The notes beneath the pieces were generated by a model. The model saw nothing but the letters and a program-made list of their open reading frames with translations, did no database searches and was not told where the DNA came from. Positions 1 to 13,200 of a DNA stretch of 64,000 bases are shown here, piece by piece. Each line of letters opens with the position of its first letter. The stretch's first letter is position 1. Made by a program: the position numbers and the translations under genes. Origin of the DNA: Nemertoderma westbladi (taxonomy: Eukaryota; Animalia; Xenacoelomorpha); NCBI GenBank assembly GCA_032718475.1, contig JAUCBJ010008130.1, positions 1 through 64,000 on the forward strand. The letters are read 5' to 3'.

Positions 1-2403
1 GGGTGGAGTGAAAAAAAAATTTTTCTTTACTTTTAAGGGAAGCACTATTTTTCTGATGCCAAATCGGTCTAAACTAACATTGCAAAAAAAAATTTTTGAT
101 TTTGAAAAATTCTAAGCGGGCCTCACGACACTTGAAAATTTCAAATTTTTGGGAAGGCAATGCCAGTTTTGAAATTCTTAGATATTTTGTATTTTTGATA
201 AAAGTTAAGGAAGATGCAAATATTTAATGTCAAATAGGTTGGAAACAAACACAAAATGTGAAATTGTGATTATCATATAAATCTACCCCAGCCTCATGGC
301 GTTTAAAATTTTGCAAAATTTGCCAAATTTAGCCCTAAAAATACAGCAAACCTACTTCGTAGTCTCTATAGTTGAAATCGATTTACTGTGATTTGGAGTT
401 CTTCCTGAGTGAAAACCAAGTCCCCTGATTTGATCACAACTATATTTCAATACTAGAAACCCAGCTAGCTGGCTGTGAATTTGCCTTTGCATCAAATTCC
501 CAATAAGTATATTATAAACAACAGTAGGCCTAGGTCTAGGAAGAAGGATAATTCTAAATTAGGAAAACACTAGTAAAACAGTAAAGCACTAGAAAAACAT
601 ATGAAAAACATTACAATTATTGATCAACAGGAAATTTAATACATCGATTACACTGAATTGGTAATCTTAAATGTACTCCTCGCATAGCACACGTTAAGTA
701 ATCTCCATAAAACATAGGGAAAACACTACAAACCCTCTGGACAACAGTGAAATTTTACCTATATTTCGCTAGAAAGCGGGGTAGCTCAATTGGCTGAGCG
801 TCAGGCCTGCAATCAATTGGTTGTAGGTTCAGCCCCACAAGGGTCCACTCAGCCGCCTTTCATCTCCTGTAGTACTGGGGTCGATAAATTGAGTACCAGT
901 TAAATAACTGGGAGCAAATCTTGGGATAATAGTAGCGCCCACCCCTACCCTCGGTAGCATCTATCGAAAGAGGAGCCTTCGGGTCGCCTCAACTGTTTGC
1001 TTGATATGCTGCTAATAATACTAGGTGAAAGAAGAAATCAATCAGCATGCAGTTCAGCACTATCCTTGTTTTACTGGTCAGCCAGTAGTACCAGTGTTGA
1101 TGTATTCTGGTATTACATAGTGTATTCCAGTATTGTTAGTATTAGATCAATTCATCTGCTAAATGTTGGCAGTTGAAGTGCAGAAGTTGTGGTATTTATT
1201 ATTAAGGATACCATTCATACCAGAAAACCGAACTGACTAGAAAATCATGTGTGATGTGTTCTAGATCTTGCATCCGCGCTTCTAGCCACACTGGTATGCC
1301 ACTTCACTACAGTATCTCTGTATGTAGGACCTAACTGTGGCCCTCTTGCTGTCTTAATATTAAATACCGCAACATCTGCACTTTAACTGTTCAACATTTA
1401 GCAGATGACAAGATCCAACACTAACAATACTTGAATACTGGAATACACTAATACCAGAATACACCATTAATGTGCCTCTACCGACTGACCAGTAAAACTG
1501 TTGAAATGCATGCTGATTGGTTACTGTTCCTTGGTTGCCGGGCAACAGTGGTTTCTGTGTAGTACATATTAGACACTTTCAACTTATTTTTTAGCAGCAT
1601 ATGAGGTAAAATTTAATGCTATTTAATGCCAATCATTTTTTCACTGTTTTCTGGACAGTTTATAGTTGTCCCTATGTTTTATGTAGATTACTTAATGGTG
1701 TGCTATGCGAGGAGTACATTTAGGATTACCAATTCAGTGTAATACATGTATTAAATTTCCTGTTGATCAATATTTTTACTTTTTCCGGGTGCATTAGTGT
1801 GTTTTTCATATGTTTTTCTAGTGCTTTACTGTTTTACTAGTGTTTTCCTAATTTAGAATTATCCTTCTTCCTATACCTACTGTTGTTTATAATATACTTA
1901 TTGGGAATTTGATCCAAAGGTAAATTCACAGCCAGCAAGCTGGGTTTCTAGTATTGAAATATAGTTGTAATCAAATCAGGGGACTTGGTTTTCACTCAGG
2001 AAGAACTCCAAACCACAGTAAATCGATTTCAACTATAGAGACTACGAAGTAGGTTTGCTGTATTTTAAGGGTGAAATTTGGCAAGTTTTGCAAAATTTTA
2101 AAGGCCATGAGGCTGGGGTAGATTTATATGAAAATCACAATTTCACATTTTGTGTTTGTTTCCAACCTATTTGACATTAAATATTTGCATCTTCCTTAAC
2201 TTTTATCAAAAATACAAAATATCTGGGATTTTCAAAACTGGCATTGCCTTCTCAAAAATTTGAAATTTTCAAGTGTCGTGAGGCCCGCTTAGAATTTTTC
2301 GAAATCAAAAATTTTTTTTTGCAAAGTTAGTTTAGACCGATTTGGCATCAGAAAAATAGTGCTTCCCTTAAAAATAAAGAAAAAAATTTTTTTCACTCCA
2401 CCC
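1..2403. mobile_element. Non-autonomous foldback DNA transposon with ~750-bp terminal inverted repeats (GGG...CCC ends, followed by TAA; PIF/Harbinger- or Zator-like termini)
   Basis: 1-~752 is the reverse complement of ~1639-2403 (gggtggagtgaaaa... / ...tttcactccaccc). A further inner inverted pair lies at ~1035-1200 / ~1370-1525. No transposase ORF. The left flank is outside the window, so the TSD cannot be confirmed. Confidence 0.8.
776..1003 (+). mobile_element. tRNA-derived SINE, copy 1 (inserted in the foldback element)
   Basis: A-box gtagctcaattgg, GCA anticodon-like loop, B-box-like ggttcagcccc, central cactcagcc..tttcatc..gtcgataaattgagtaccag block. Closely similar to 19462-19696. 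Confidence 0.85.
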
Positions 2404-2454
2404 TAATATTCAGCCCATAACCTTTATAAATGAAGATTGTAATACATAAATATG

Positions 2455-4091
2455 TCAAAATAAATAAAGAAAGAGATACCGGAGAATTGCAGTGAATATA
2501 CACATGGAACTTTGGTGTGTAGGTGCTGCATCAGTTGTAGTTTCCATAGTTACTGTTTCTGTAGATAAAGTTGACGTTTCTTCTGTTGTCATTATTGTTG
2601 ATGGTAGCGGGATGCTTGTAGCATTGGATCCTTGTATTATGTCATTGACAAACAAAGCTACTCCTAGATCGGCGAAAACGATTTTTTCTTTTCCATCAAT
2701 AAATTGAACGAAACCCCCATCCAGACCCTCCTTCACACGTGTTTCCTCATATTTGAAAACCAATACCGAAATATTTCTGATTCCATAAACAATGCCCGCG
2801 TCATAACACGCTCCTTTATCACCTATTTCAACAACCATTTGTTCGACCAAAGAAAACTCTGCCTTAATCGCAATGGCAAGATCATTACTGGTGACTCCCA
2901 TACATGGGTTGTAGGTGATGTTGTAAGGTAAACTTGTCTGGTAAACGTTCCCTGCAAAAGTAAGTGTTACACCATCTGCTGTGATGGGTGGTAGCGATTC
3001 CTCATCTAAGATAGATTTCACAGCATCTTTAAATGCTGCACTACTGATGTTGGTGTTCGTAGTGGCTAATTTTGTTACAAGGTCTATTGAACCACAGCCA
3101 ATACTTGTTACTGTTACAGTAACATGTCCAATATTTGAATTGCCTTGTAATGCGTTTGTTACGGCATTAACATATTGTGAAGTTACATCAGCTTGTGTTG
3201 CAACATTACTTGTAACTGCAGTACAATTGCCATCAAACGATGTTATTATAGTAGTTGAAGGATTAGTCACCTGTGGAGTTGTAACTGTAGTTGCCTGTGG
3301 AGTTTCCACTGTAGTTGCCACTGTAGTTGCCTGTGGACTTGCCACCGTAGTTGCTTCTGTAGTTGCCTCTGTAGTTGCCTGAGGAGTTGCCTCTGTAGAT
3401 GTCTGTGGAGTTGCCACTGTAGTTGCCGGTGGAGTTTCCACTGTAGTTGCCGATGTAGTTGCCACTGTAGTTGCCGATGTAGTTGCCACTGTAGTTGCCT
3501 GTGGACTTGCCACCGTAGTTGCATATGTAGTTGCCACTGTAGTTGCCTGTGGAGGTTTCACTGTAGTTGCCACTGTAGTTGCCTCTGTAGTTGCCACTGT
3601 AGTTACCGTTGTAGTTGCGACTGTAGTTGCCTGTGGAGTTGCCATTGTAGTTGCCTGTGGAGTTGCCTCTGTAGTAGTTGCCACTGAAGTTGCCTGTGGA
3701 GTTGCCACTGTAGTTGCCTGTGGAGGTGCCTCTGTAGTTGCCACTGTAGTTGCCTGTGGAGTTGCCACTGTAGTTGCCGATGTAGTTACCACTGTAGTTG
3801 CCGATGTAGTTGCCACTGTAGTTGCCTGTGGAATTGCCTCTGTAGTTGCCACTGTAGTTGCCGCTGTAGTTGCCATTGTAGTTGCACCCGTTGTTGCCTC
3901 TGGAGTTGCCTGTGGAGTTGTCTCTGTAGTTGCCTCTGTAGTTGGCTGTGGAGTTGCCACTGTAGTTGCCTGTGGAGTTGCCTCTGTAGTTGCCTCTGTA
4001 GTTGGCTGTGGAGTTGCCACTGTAGTTGCCTGTGGAGTTGCCTCTGTAGTTGTCAATGTTGTTGCTGCCGTACTTGCCACTGTAGTTGATT
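2455..4091 (-). CDS. Last exon of host gene: Thr/Ala/Pro-rich mucin stalk, possible SEA-like domain, hydrophobic C-terminus (possible GPI signal)
   Basis: Open frame. Acceptor tttttacag (CAG at 4094-4092), phase 1, in frame with the tectonin exon. TTVATPQA-type repeats at ~3270-4085. GCGSI motif. C-terminus ...MCIFTAILRYLFLYLF*. Confidence 0.8.
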
Positions 4092-4426
4092 CTGTAAAAA
4101 GGTAGTTTTTAATAATTTAATTAAAACGTGTTCGTTAATAATTAAATAACTTATTTCAAGTGCGGTCCCGTCGTCTGAACTATATTCCCCACTGGAAACT
4201 AGTACTCATTTAGCGAACATTAAAGGATGCAAAGCAATGATGCGAGATCTATTTTGAGCATTCAAGCAGAAAATATAAAACTGTAATAATTACTTATGCC
4301 TAATCTTAATATTGGAACGTCATCGGAGATTATTCAGTTTTATTCGCTTTTCAGATGATTGATTTATAAATTCTGTGTTTTTATTACTCCAGAATATTGC
4401 AATATTGTATGTATATTACCGATATC

Positions 4427-4612
4427 GTACGGTACATGTACAGTACATGCGGTACGTACGGTACATGTACAGTACATGCGGTACGTACGGTACATGTACA
4501 GTACATGCGGTACGTACGGTACATGTACAGTACATGCGGTACGTACGGTACATGTACAGTACATGCGGTACGTTCGGTACATGTACAGTACATGCGGTAC
4601 GTACGGTACATG
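4427..4612. repeat. 29-bp minisatellite (~6.3 copies) built from GTAC palindromes
   Basis: Unit ggtacatgtacagtacatgcggtacgtac; period 29 (4431, 4460, 4489...). Confidence 0.95.
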
Positions 4613-4645
4613 TGTATCGATACATGTATATCGATCATTTCGTCA

Positions 4646-4756
4646 TACACCATTTTCGGACAACTGTTCGATTTATCATTCTCAGCATTTCAAAATTGTT
4701 TGGTTTTTGGCTATAATTTGGAATATTGGTACCTAAGATGCTATTCTACATGACAG
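4646..4756 (-). mobile_element. Terminal fragment of the Kolobok-like element family seen at 27751-28468
   Basis: Reverse complement matches ~28350-28460 (ctgtcatgtagaatagcatcttagg...gttgtccgaaaatggtgta). Confidence 0.75.
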
Positions 4757-5350
4757 CTCGATATATTTAAATTCACATTTAATCTCAATCATTTCACACG
4801 TGGCTTATATCAATTGAAAGCCGATAGTCTTGAGCGTCTTTTGACACTACAATTAATTAAATTCATGGTGAGGAACATTGATAAAATGAATCATTTCACC
4901 ACAATTATAAACTCGTAGTTTTCCTGACCGGTATGCAAGTAGTTTACTGAACCACTCGCACTCAGCCCTATCCATCTATTGCATTGCATTATCGGACTAT
5001 TGCTGTATTGCAGCTTAAGTTCATTAAGTTGAAATGTGTACCGGTCAGCGGTAGCGTAAGAGTGGTACAGCGGTAGGTTAACTCAACTTAATGAACTTTA
5101 GCAACAATTTCGACTGTTTACTCACGTTTTTACAAAAAACACACCCTGTCACTCGATTCAGAGCACCTTATTACCCCTTATTCGATTGTTTCTAGCCCAA
5201 CAATTTTTTCGCGCTCCAACCATATTCTGTATTATTTGTTTTGGTTTAATAAAAGGAATTAAATAAAAATGTGAAGAGCGCAAAGCGCGCCTGGCTTGGT
5301 AGTGTTTATATTATAATTAAAATGCTATAAATATGCACTTAACAACTCAC

Positions 5351-6124
5351 CTGGTAAGCCCACACAGTTCCCTGTAGTCCATATCTTCCCTCGATAGTCC
5401 ACCCCCCAAACCCTACCATTCCAATCACTGATGCTCACTTGCTTCAATCCACCTGCTACCCGTTCCCAAACGGGATTTATGTTATGATTGTTGTTTTTTG
5501 CTGCTTCCAATGTGGCTTTGTAAATTTCATGGTTTGTCGTTGTAGCCATTACAACACCATTTGCTCCTGAACTAATCGTTAGCCAGTCTTCAGCTGCCCA
5601 TTCTGTAAAGCTTCCAACAATGTTATTTGAATCAAAGGTGCCTAACATGTAATGTAGACCTTGTGAATGAATCCCCCAAAGGCCTGATGCTCCGAAGCTG
5701 ATGTCTGACAAGCTTGCGTCAATGACTTGAAACCATGATGTACCGCCAGGTCTTGATGCCGATATACCTAATCTCTGGAAAACATTGTTAAAGGAATTTA
5801 TACCCCAGACTCCATTGCTGGTTGAGTCGACTGTTATCCTAGTAATTGCTCCATCAATCGCTATCCATTCATTGCCTGTTGGATTTTGCTGACTGATAGC
5901 TTGACGGTAGTAAACGTCATAGTTTGAATTAACTCCCCAAACAATATCATTTCCAACGGCAATATTGCTGAGTCCCCCAGGGATATCAATCCAACTCGTA
6001 CCTATATCACAGGTTCCATATGTCCCATATCGGTAGAGAGTATTATCATCAGAGTTCACACCCCAAACTCCAGCTTGGCCAGTACTCACCCACTTAAGTG
6101 TTCCAGTCACTGTTAGCCACTGAA
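5351..6124 (-). CDS. Host exon: tectonin/TECPR beta-propeller lectin domain
   Basis: Repeated VWGVN/WxxIxG motifs (VWGVNSDD, VWGVNSNY, VWGINSFN, LWGIHS, VWGVDY). Acceptor tttcag (CAG 6127-6125), donor gtgagt at 5350. 774 nt, phase 1-1. Confidence 0.9.
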
Positions 6125-6380
6125 CTGAAATAAATTATATTAGATTGAGCAGATTAGAAAAAATAATAATCCATATATTCTATTATCTATCAATAATATA
6201 TTGGTAGTTCATTAAAATACCGAAAATAAAATGTATTTTAATTTGAAACTTTAAATGAAATTTTAATTTTTGAACCTATAATAAATCTGATCTTTATATT
6301 TAATTCTACCTTTACCTACTTTTACAGTACAATCAACTGAACTAAATACTGAATTAACTTATTTAAATTGATTTAATTGG

Positions 6381-9300
6381 ATGTCTCAAGGCTCGCAGCG
6401 TTGTTGCCAGTGTTCCGTCCGCGCTTGTGGCCCCACGAGTCGATGCCGCTGTGTCCGTTCTGGCCAGCCATGTGTTGGCTGTGCACCGCTGTCTTCGGGC
6501 GGCTGTCTGAACCCGCATCAGAATCCGGTTATGGTAGACTCAAAAGTTTCTGATTCCTCCATTCATGGGGATGACTCCGACTCTGACTCCGACACTGACT
6601 CATTCTCAAGTGCGGTTATTACACAAATACCAGCTAGGCGCTCCTGTGACAGACACTCGTCTGCTCCAGGTGAATCCACACCTTCTTCGACCTCGGCTTC
6701 TACCCCATCCCTTTCAACACAGGATCGGTTGGAGTCGGCGTTTGGTGGTCCCTGGCTGAACTCTCCTGGTTCATCGACTGATCTGGCCTGGGAGGCTCGG
6801 TACTCCCGTCTCACTCTCCTTCCGGGACATCAGTACATAGTGCCGGGTGGGAATGTTGGTCGGAAGATCGCCGATTTCTTGGCCCGCGAGCTGGAGTTCC
6901 TGACAGATGGGATACACCCCTCGGAACGGCCCCTCTGCTTCATCGCAGTCGTGTTTCAACGAGACCCAATGGTGAAGAAGAGCGCGGATATCCGGCGCAC
7001 CCTATTGCGTCGGATAGGTATGTGGGAGCGTGAGGAGTTCAACCAGCTGGTGGTCGAATCGGAGCGTTGCAGCATGAAATTCGCCAAGTCCCGAGGATCT
7101 GGTGGTCAAGAGACCCCAGCCCGAGTTTTTAATAGAAAAATTCTGGCTGGACAGAACCGGGCTGCCGTCCGCCTCATCACAGACAGGGACAGAGGTGGGA
7201 TTTTAGATCCGGATGCCCAGGCTGAGGGACGACCACCTGGGGTTACCATTCGTGACGTCCTCTCGGAGAAACACCCGCCCCAATTGGATGTATCTCCCGA
7301 TGCGTTCGAGCCCTGCGACGAGTTGCCCACCTTCGAGGACGTCGACATCACGGGGCAACTCGTCCTCAAGGTAACTCGTGCTCTGCGGGGAGGGGCTGGT
7401 CCGATCGGCGGAGACGCCGAACTTTGGAGTGCGCTGCTAACCCGCTACGAGGCGCACAGTGCACGCCTCCGTGAGGCCGTCGCCGGGTTGGCTAGGCGTC
7501 TTGCCAACACGCTGGTTCCTTGGGGTGAGATTTGTGCGCTCCGGGCTTGCCGACTCATTGGGATTGACAAGGAGCCCGGCGTCCGTCCCATCGGCATCGG
7601 AGAGGTCCTGTATCGTCTCTTAACCAACTGCCTTACAGCCGCCACCAAGATGGATTTTATTACGGAGTGCGGGGCGGACCAACTGTGCGCCGGAGTGAAG
7701 GCAGGCATCGAAGGTGCAGTCCACGCGATGTCGGCGCTGTACGAAGAAGAATCCACCGAGTGCATGCTCCTCGTCGATGCTTCAAACGCGTTCAACAGTC
7801 TCAGCCGTCCGGTTGCCCTGTGGAACGCGCGCGTGTACTGGCACCGGTGCTCCCGGTACCTTTTCAATGCGTACAATGGCCACGCAGCCCTATATCTACA
7901 GGGGTCCAATAAACCGCTGTGGAGCAGGGAGGGGTACACGCAGGGTGATCCGGCTGCCATGCTAGGGTACGGTTGCGGGACTCTTCCATTGATTAGGTCG
8001 ATGCGGGAAGTTGAGGTACGCACCGGAGCGGTTGAACCCATCACTCAGTCGCAGCCGCCACCCCCACCCGGCACCCCGCCACTGTTTCATCCAGACACCC
8101 CAACACCGATTCAACCCGGCTCCCATCCGCAGTCTCAACCCGCCACCCCATTGCTGACACAACCCGGCACCCCAACGCTAACACAACCCAGCGCCAGCAC
8201 TCCGTTGCTAGTGTATTCCGGCATCCCGCCGCTGTCTCAACCCGGCACCTCGTCGCTGTCTCAACCCCGAACCCTGGCGCTATCTCAACCCGGCACCACA
8301 TCGCTGTCTCAACCCTGCTCCCAGACATTGGCTCAACCCGGCTCCGGCAGCCCCGTTGCCTCCCAAAGGCAGTGCTGGTATGCCGATGATGCTTCATCAG
8401 CCGGTTCCATCATCGGTGTGTTGAGTTGGTGGGAGAAGCTTCTCCGTGTAGGGCCACGAATCGGGTACAACCCGGAACCCACCAAGTCCTACTTGGTGGT
8501 GAAACCCGAGTTTGCCGAGAGGGCGCGAGAGTCGTTTGGGAAGTTTGGGGTCCGGATTGTTTCAGGGCACCGTTTCCTGGGGGGTTACGTGGGCGACCCG
8601 CTGGGTTTACGCGAGTTCATCGCCGAGAAGGTGTCCGGGTGGGTCTGGAGTATAGGTCGACTCGCCGAGGTGGCCGAGGAGTTCCCACAGACCGCCCACG
8701 CTGGGTTGACCAGGTGTGTCCAGGCGGAGTGGGACTACCTGTTACGGGTGGTGGAGACAGACGAGGAGGACCTGGAACCCATCCGGTCGGCGCTCCTGCG
8801 CCAGTTCGTCCCGGCTCTGTTCGGTACGTCTGGGATGTGTGAGGGAGAGCTCCTGTTACTCCCTGTCCGACATGGCGGCATTGGGATCCGGGACCCACTA
8901 TTGCGCCGGGGGCACGCCCGGGAGGCGTCGCTCGCCGGGACTGTCGGGGTTGTAGACACCTTAACCACTGGTCACCCCCTCCTTGTCGCGGACCATGCAG
9001 TCTGTCTCGCCTCGGCCCTTGCCAAGAGCCGGATCGCTCAGGATGCGGCCTACAAGGCTAGACAGTTAGACGCCCTCCAAGCCATCCCTGCTGATCGACG
9101 CCGCACGGTGGAACGTACGGTATCCCACAAGACGGGGGGTTGGTTAACGGCTCAGCCCTCCGTGGTAGACCACACGGACCTGGACCCGGAGGTATTCCGG
9201 GACAACCTTGCCCTGAGGTATGGTCTGACGCCGCCGGGCCTCCCGGCAAAGTGTGAGGGGTGTGGGGACCCGTTCACAACAACCCACGCACTTAATTGCA

Positions 9301-9902
9301 AGTCGGGAGGCCTTGTTATAAAGCGGCACGATGAGGTGCGTGAGGTTTTTGGTGATCTCATCGCGTCCGCCTTTGGCGGCTCGTCGGTCCAGAGGGAGGT
9401 AACACTGTCCACTGGTTACCTGGACAGACTGGGTCGCGAGGTCGGTGGGGTCAGGGCTGATCTTTTGGCGCGAGGAGTCTGGGCCAATCAGAGGGTGGCG
9501 TCTTTCGACATTGCGGTTGTAAACGCCGACGCCCCCTCTTATTCCAACCGGTCCGTAGACTCCATTCTAGAACAACGGGTTCGCGCCAAGAAGGTCCATT
9601 ATAGCGCGGTGTGCGAGGACAGGAGGATCTCCTTCACCCCCCTAGTAGGTACCACCGACGGGGTGTGGTGCAAGGAGGCAGAGATCCTGATCCGCCACCT
9701 CGCTGAGACCCTCGTTGCCCGGCGGCAGGGGATGCGGGAACGTGGCCTTGCTTGCGTTCTTGGGGGAGTTCGGAGGCGGCTTCAGTTCGCGCTCCTCCGC
9801 TCCAACTCCCTGTGTTTGCGTGGGGGTCGGCGGTCCTGGAGGTGTCTCGGGTTCGGGGACGGAGCTGGTCTGCGTGGGTCTGACTTACCAGACAATTATT
9901 GA
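6381..9902 (+). mobile_element. CRE-clade non-LTR retrotransposon, intact single ORF (N-terminal Cys-rich CXC-like domain, RT, CCHC knuckle, restriction-like endonuclease)
   Basis: Motifs GVRPIGIGE, LLVDASNAFNS, QGDP, WYADD, RHGGIG, CEGC..HALNC, RHDEVR, RADLL..FDIAV, FTPLV. A T-rich 3' UTR follows, with an A-rich tract at ~10044-10062. Confidence 0.9.
8066..8350 (+). repeat. 24-bp (8-aa, QPGTxxLS-like) in-frame tandem repeat inside the CRE RT domain
   Basis: Recurrent caacccggcacc...ctgtct units between QGDP and YADD. Confidence 0.85.
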
Positions 9903-10179
9903 TTTGGTGGTGGCATTCTTGCTATTCCTTGGTGGTGCGATTTTTAATTGCTTTTAATTGTTTGTTCGTTACTTTTATATTGTGTTATCCTGTACAATAT
10001 AATGTTATCTTTGTTTATAATAAATACTTTCAATTTTAATTTGAAAAAAAAAACAAAAAAAAGAAGATAATATTTTCATCAAACCAAAATTTTTTTTAGA
10101 TATTTTCTTAAATTGTATTAAATAGTTTTGTAATATAAGATTAAAAACTTTCAAAATAATTGCACAAAACATGGCATGG

Positions 10180-10235
10180 ATAGCTTTAACAAAAATGGAT
10201 ACCATCTGGAAATCACATCTCTCCAGGCACCCGAA
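10180..10235 (+). mobile_element. Short RTE-like LINE fragment
   Basis: aaaatggataccatctggaaatca..tctc..caggcacc matches 23781-23820; translates AWIALTKMDTIWKS. Confidence 0.6.
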
Positions 10236-10289
10236 GAAGAACTTATTGGACAAACCGATAGTTGGACTCGTAGGATGGTTATACTGCCA

Positions 10290-13200
10290 GCTGGACCCAT
10301 GGGGACGGAGACTCCGCAGCTGGACCAGTGGGAATGGAGACACCGAAGCTGGACCCATGGGGACGGAAATTCCGAAGCTAGACCAGTGGGAATGAGACAC
10401 CGAAGCTGGACCAGTGGGATGGAGACACCGAAGTGGACCAGTGGGAATGGAGACACCGAAGCTGGACCCATGGGGACGGAAATTCCGAAGCTAGACCAGT
10501 GGGAATAGAGACACCGAAGCTGGACCAGTGGGAATGGAGACACCAATGCTGGACCAGTGGGAATGGAGACACCGAAGCTGGACCCATGGGGACGGAAATT
10601 CCGAAGCTAGACCAGTGGGAATAGAGACACCGAAGCTGGACCAGTGGGAATGGAGACACCGAAGCTGGACCAGTGGGGATGGAGACACCGAAGCTGGACC
10701 AGTGGGAATAGAGACACCGAAGCTGGACCAGTGGGAATGGAGACACCGAAGCTGGACCCATGGGGACGGAAATTCCGAAGCTAGACCAGTGGGAATAGAG
10801 ACACCGAAGCTGGACCAGTGGGAATGGAGACACCGAAGCTGGACCCATGGGGACGGAAATTCCGAAGCTAGACCAGTGGGAATAGAGACACCGAAGCTGG
10901 ACCAGTGGGAATGGAGACACCGAAGCTGGACCCATGGGGACGGAAATTCCGAAGCTAGACCAGTGGGAATAGAGACACCGAAGCTGGACCAGTGGGAATG
11001 GAGACACCGAATGCTGGACCAGTGGGAATGGAGACACCGAAGCTGGACCCATGGGGACGGAAATTCCGAAGCTAGACCAGTGGGAATAGAGACACCGAAG
11101 CTGGACCAGTGGGAATGGAGACACCGAAGATGGACCAGTGGGAATGGAGACACCGAAGCTGGACCAGTGGGAATGGAGACACCGAAGATGGACCAGTGGG
11201 AATGGAGACACCGAAGACTGGACCAGTGGGAATGGAGACACCGAAGCTGGACCCATGGGGACGGAAATTCCGAAGCTAGACCAGTGGGAATAGAGACACC
11301 GAAGCTGGACCAGTGGGAATGGAGACACCGAAGCTGGACCAGTGGGAATGGAGACACCGAAGCTGGACCAGTGGGAATGGAGACACCGAAGATGGACCAG
11401 TGGGAATAGAGACACCAATGCTGGACCAGTGGGAATGGAGACACCGAAGCTGGACCCATGGGGACGGAAATTCCGAAGCTAGACCAGTGGGAATAGAGAC
11501 ACCGAAGCTGGACCAGTGGGAATGGAGACACCAATGCTGGACCAGTGGGAATGGAGACACCGAAGCTGGACCCATGGGGACGGAAATTCCGAAGCTAGAC
11601 CAGTGGGAATAGAGACACCGAAGCTGGACCCATGGGGACGGAAATTCCGAAGCTGGACCAGTGGGAATAGAGACACCGAAGCTGGACCAGTGGGAATGGA
11701 GACACCGAAGCTGGACCAGTGGGGATGGAGACACCGAAGATGGACCAGTGGGAATGGAGACACCGAAGCTGGACCCATGGGGACGGAAATTCCGAAGCTA
11801 GACCAGTGGGAATAGAGACACCGAAGCTGGACCAGTGGGAATGGAGACACCGAAGCTGGACCCATGGGGACGGAAATTCCGAAGCTAGACCAGTGGGAAT
11901 AGAGACACCGAAGCTGGACCAGTGGGAATGGAGACACCGAAGCTGGACCAGTGGGAATGGAGACACCGAAGCTGGACCCATGGGGACGGAAATTCCGAAG
12001 CTAGACCAGTGGGAATAGAGACACCGAAGCTGGACCAGTGGGAATGGAGACACCGAAGCTGGACCCATGGGGACGGAAATTCCGAAGCTAGACCAGTGGG
12101 AATAGAGACACCGAAGCTGGACCAGTGGGAATGGAGACACCGAAGCTGGACCCATGGGGACGGAAATTCCGAAGCTAGACCAGTGGGAATAGAGACACCG
12201 AAGCTGGACCAGTGGGAATGGAGACACCGAAGCTGGACCCATGGGGACGGAAATTCCGAAGCTAGACCAGTGGGAATAGAGACACCGAAGATGGACCAGT
12301 GGGAATGGAGACACCAATGCTGGACCAGTGGGAATGGAGACACCGAAGCTGGACCCATGGGGACGGAAATTCCGAAGCTAGACCAGTGGGAATAGAGACA
12401 CCGAAGCTGGACCAGTGGGAATGGAGACACCGAAGCTGGACCAGTGGGAATGGAGACACCGAAGCTGGACCAGTGGGAATGGAGACACCGAAGCTGGACC
12501 AGTGGGAATGGAGACACCGAAGATGGACCAGTGGGAATGGAGACACCGAAGCTGGACCCATGGGGACGGAAATTCCGAAGCTAGACCAGTGGGAATAGAG
12601 ACACCGAAGCTGGACCAGTGGGAATGGAGACACCGAAGCTGGACCAGTGGGAATGGAGACACCGAAGCTGGACCCATGGGGACGGAAATTCCGAAGCTAG
12701 ACCAGTGGGAATAGAGACACCGAAGCTGGACCAGTGGGAATGGAGACACCGAAGCTGGACCCATGGGGACGGAAATTCCGAAGCTAGACCAGTGGGAATA
12801 GAGACACCGAAGCTGGACCAGTGGGAATGGAGACACCGAAGCTGGACCCATGGGGACGGAAATTCCGAAGCTAGACCAGTGGGAATAGAGACACCGAAGC
12901 TGGACCAGTGGGAATGGAGACACCGAAGCTGGACCCATGGGGACGGAAATTCCGAAGCTAGACCAGTGGGAATAGAGACACCGAAGCTGGACCAGTGGGA
13001 ATGGAGACACCGAAGCTGGACCAGTGGGAATGGAGACACCGAAGCTGGACCAGTGGGAATGGAGACACCGAAGCTGGACCAGTGGGAATAGAGACACCGA
13101 AGACTGGACCAGTGGGAATGGAGACACCGAAGCTGGACCCATGGGGACGGAAATTCCGAAGCTAGACCAGTGGGAATAGAGACACCGAAGCTGGACCAGT

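Noticed and set aside
4359-4753. Six overlapping Cys/Tyr-rich ORFs
   Set aside because: Translations of the 29-bp minisatellite.
5275-5303. Helitron 3' end (gcgc-aaa-gcgc hairpin, then gtagt)
   Set aside because: The terminus is not a clean CTAG and no matching 5' end could be defined.
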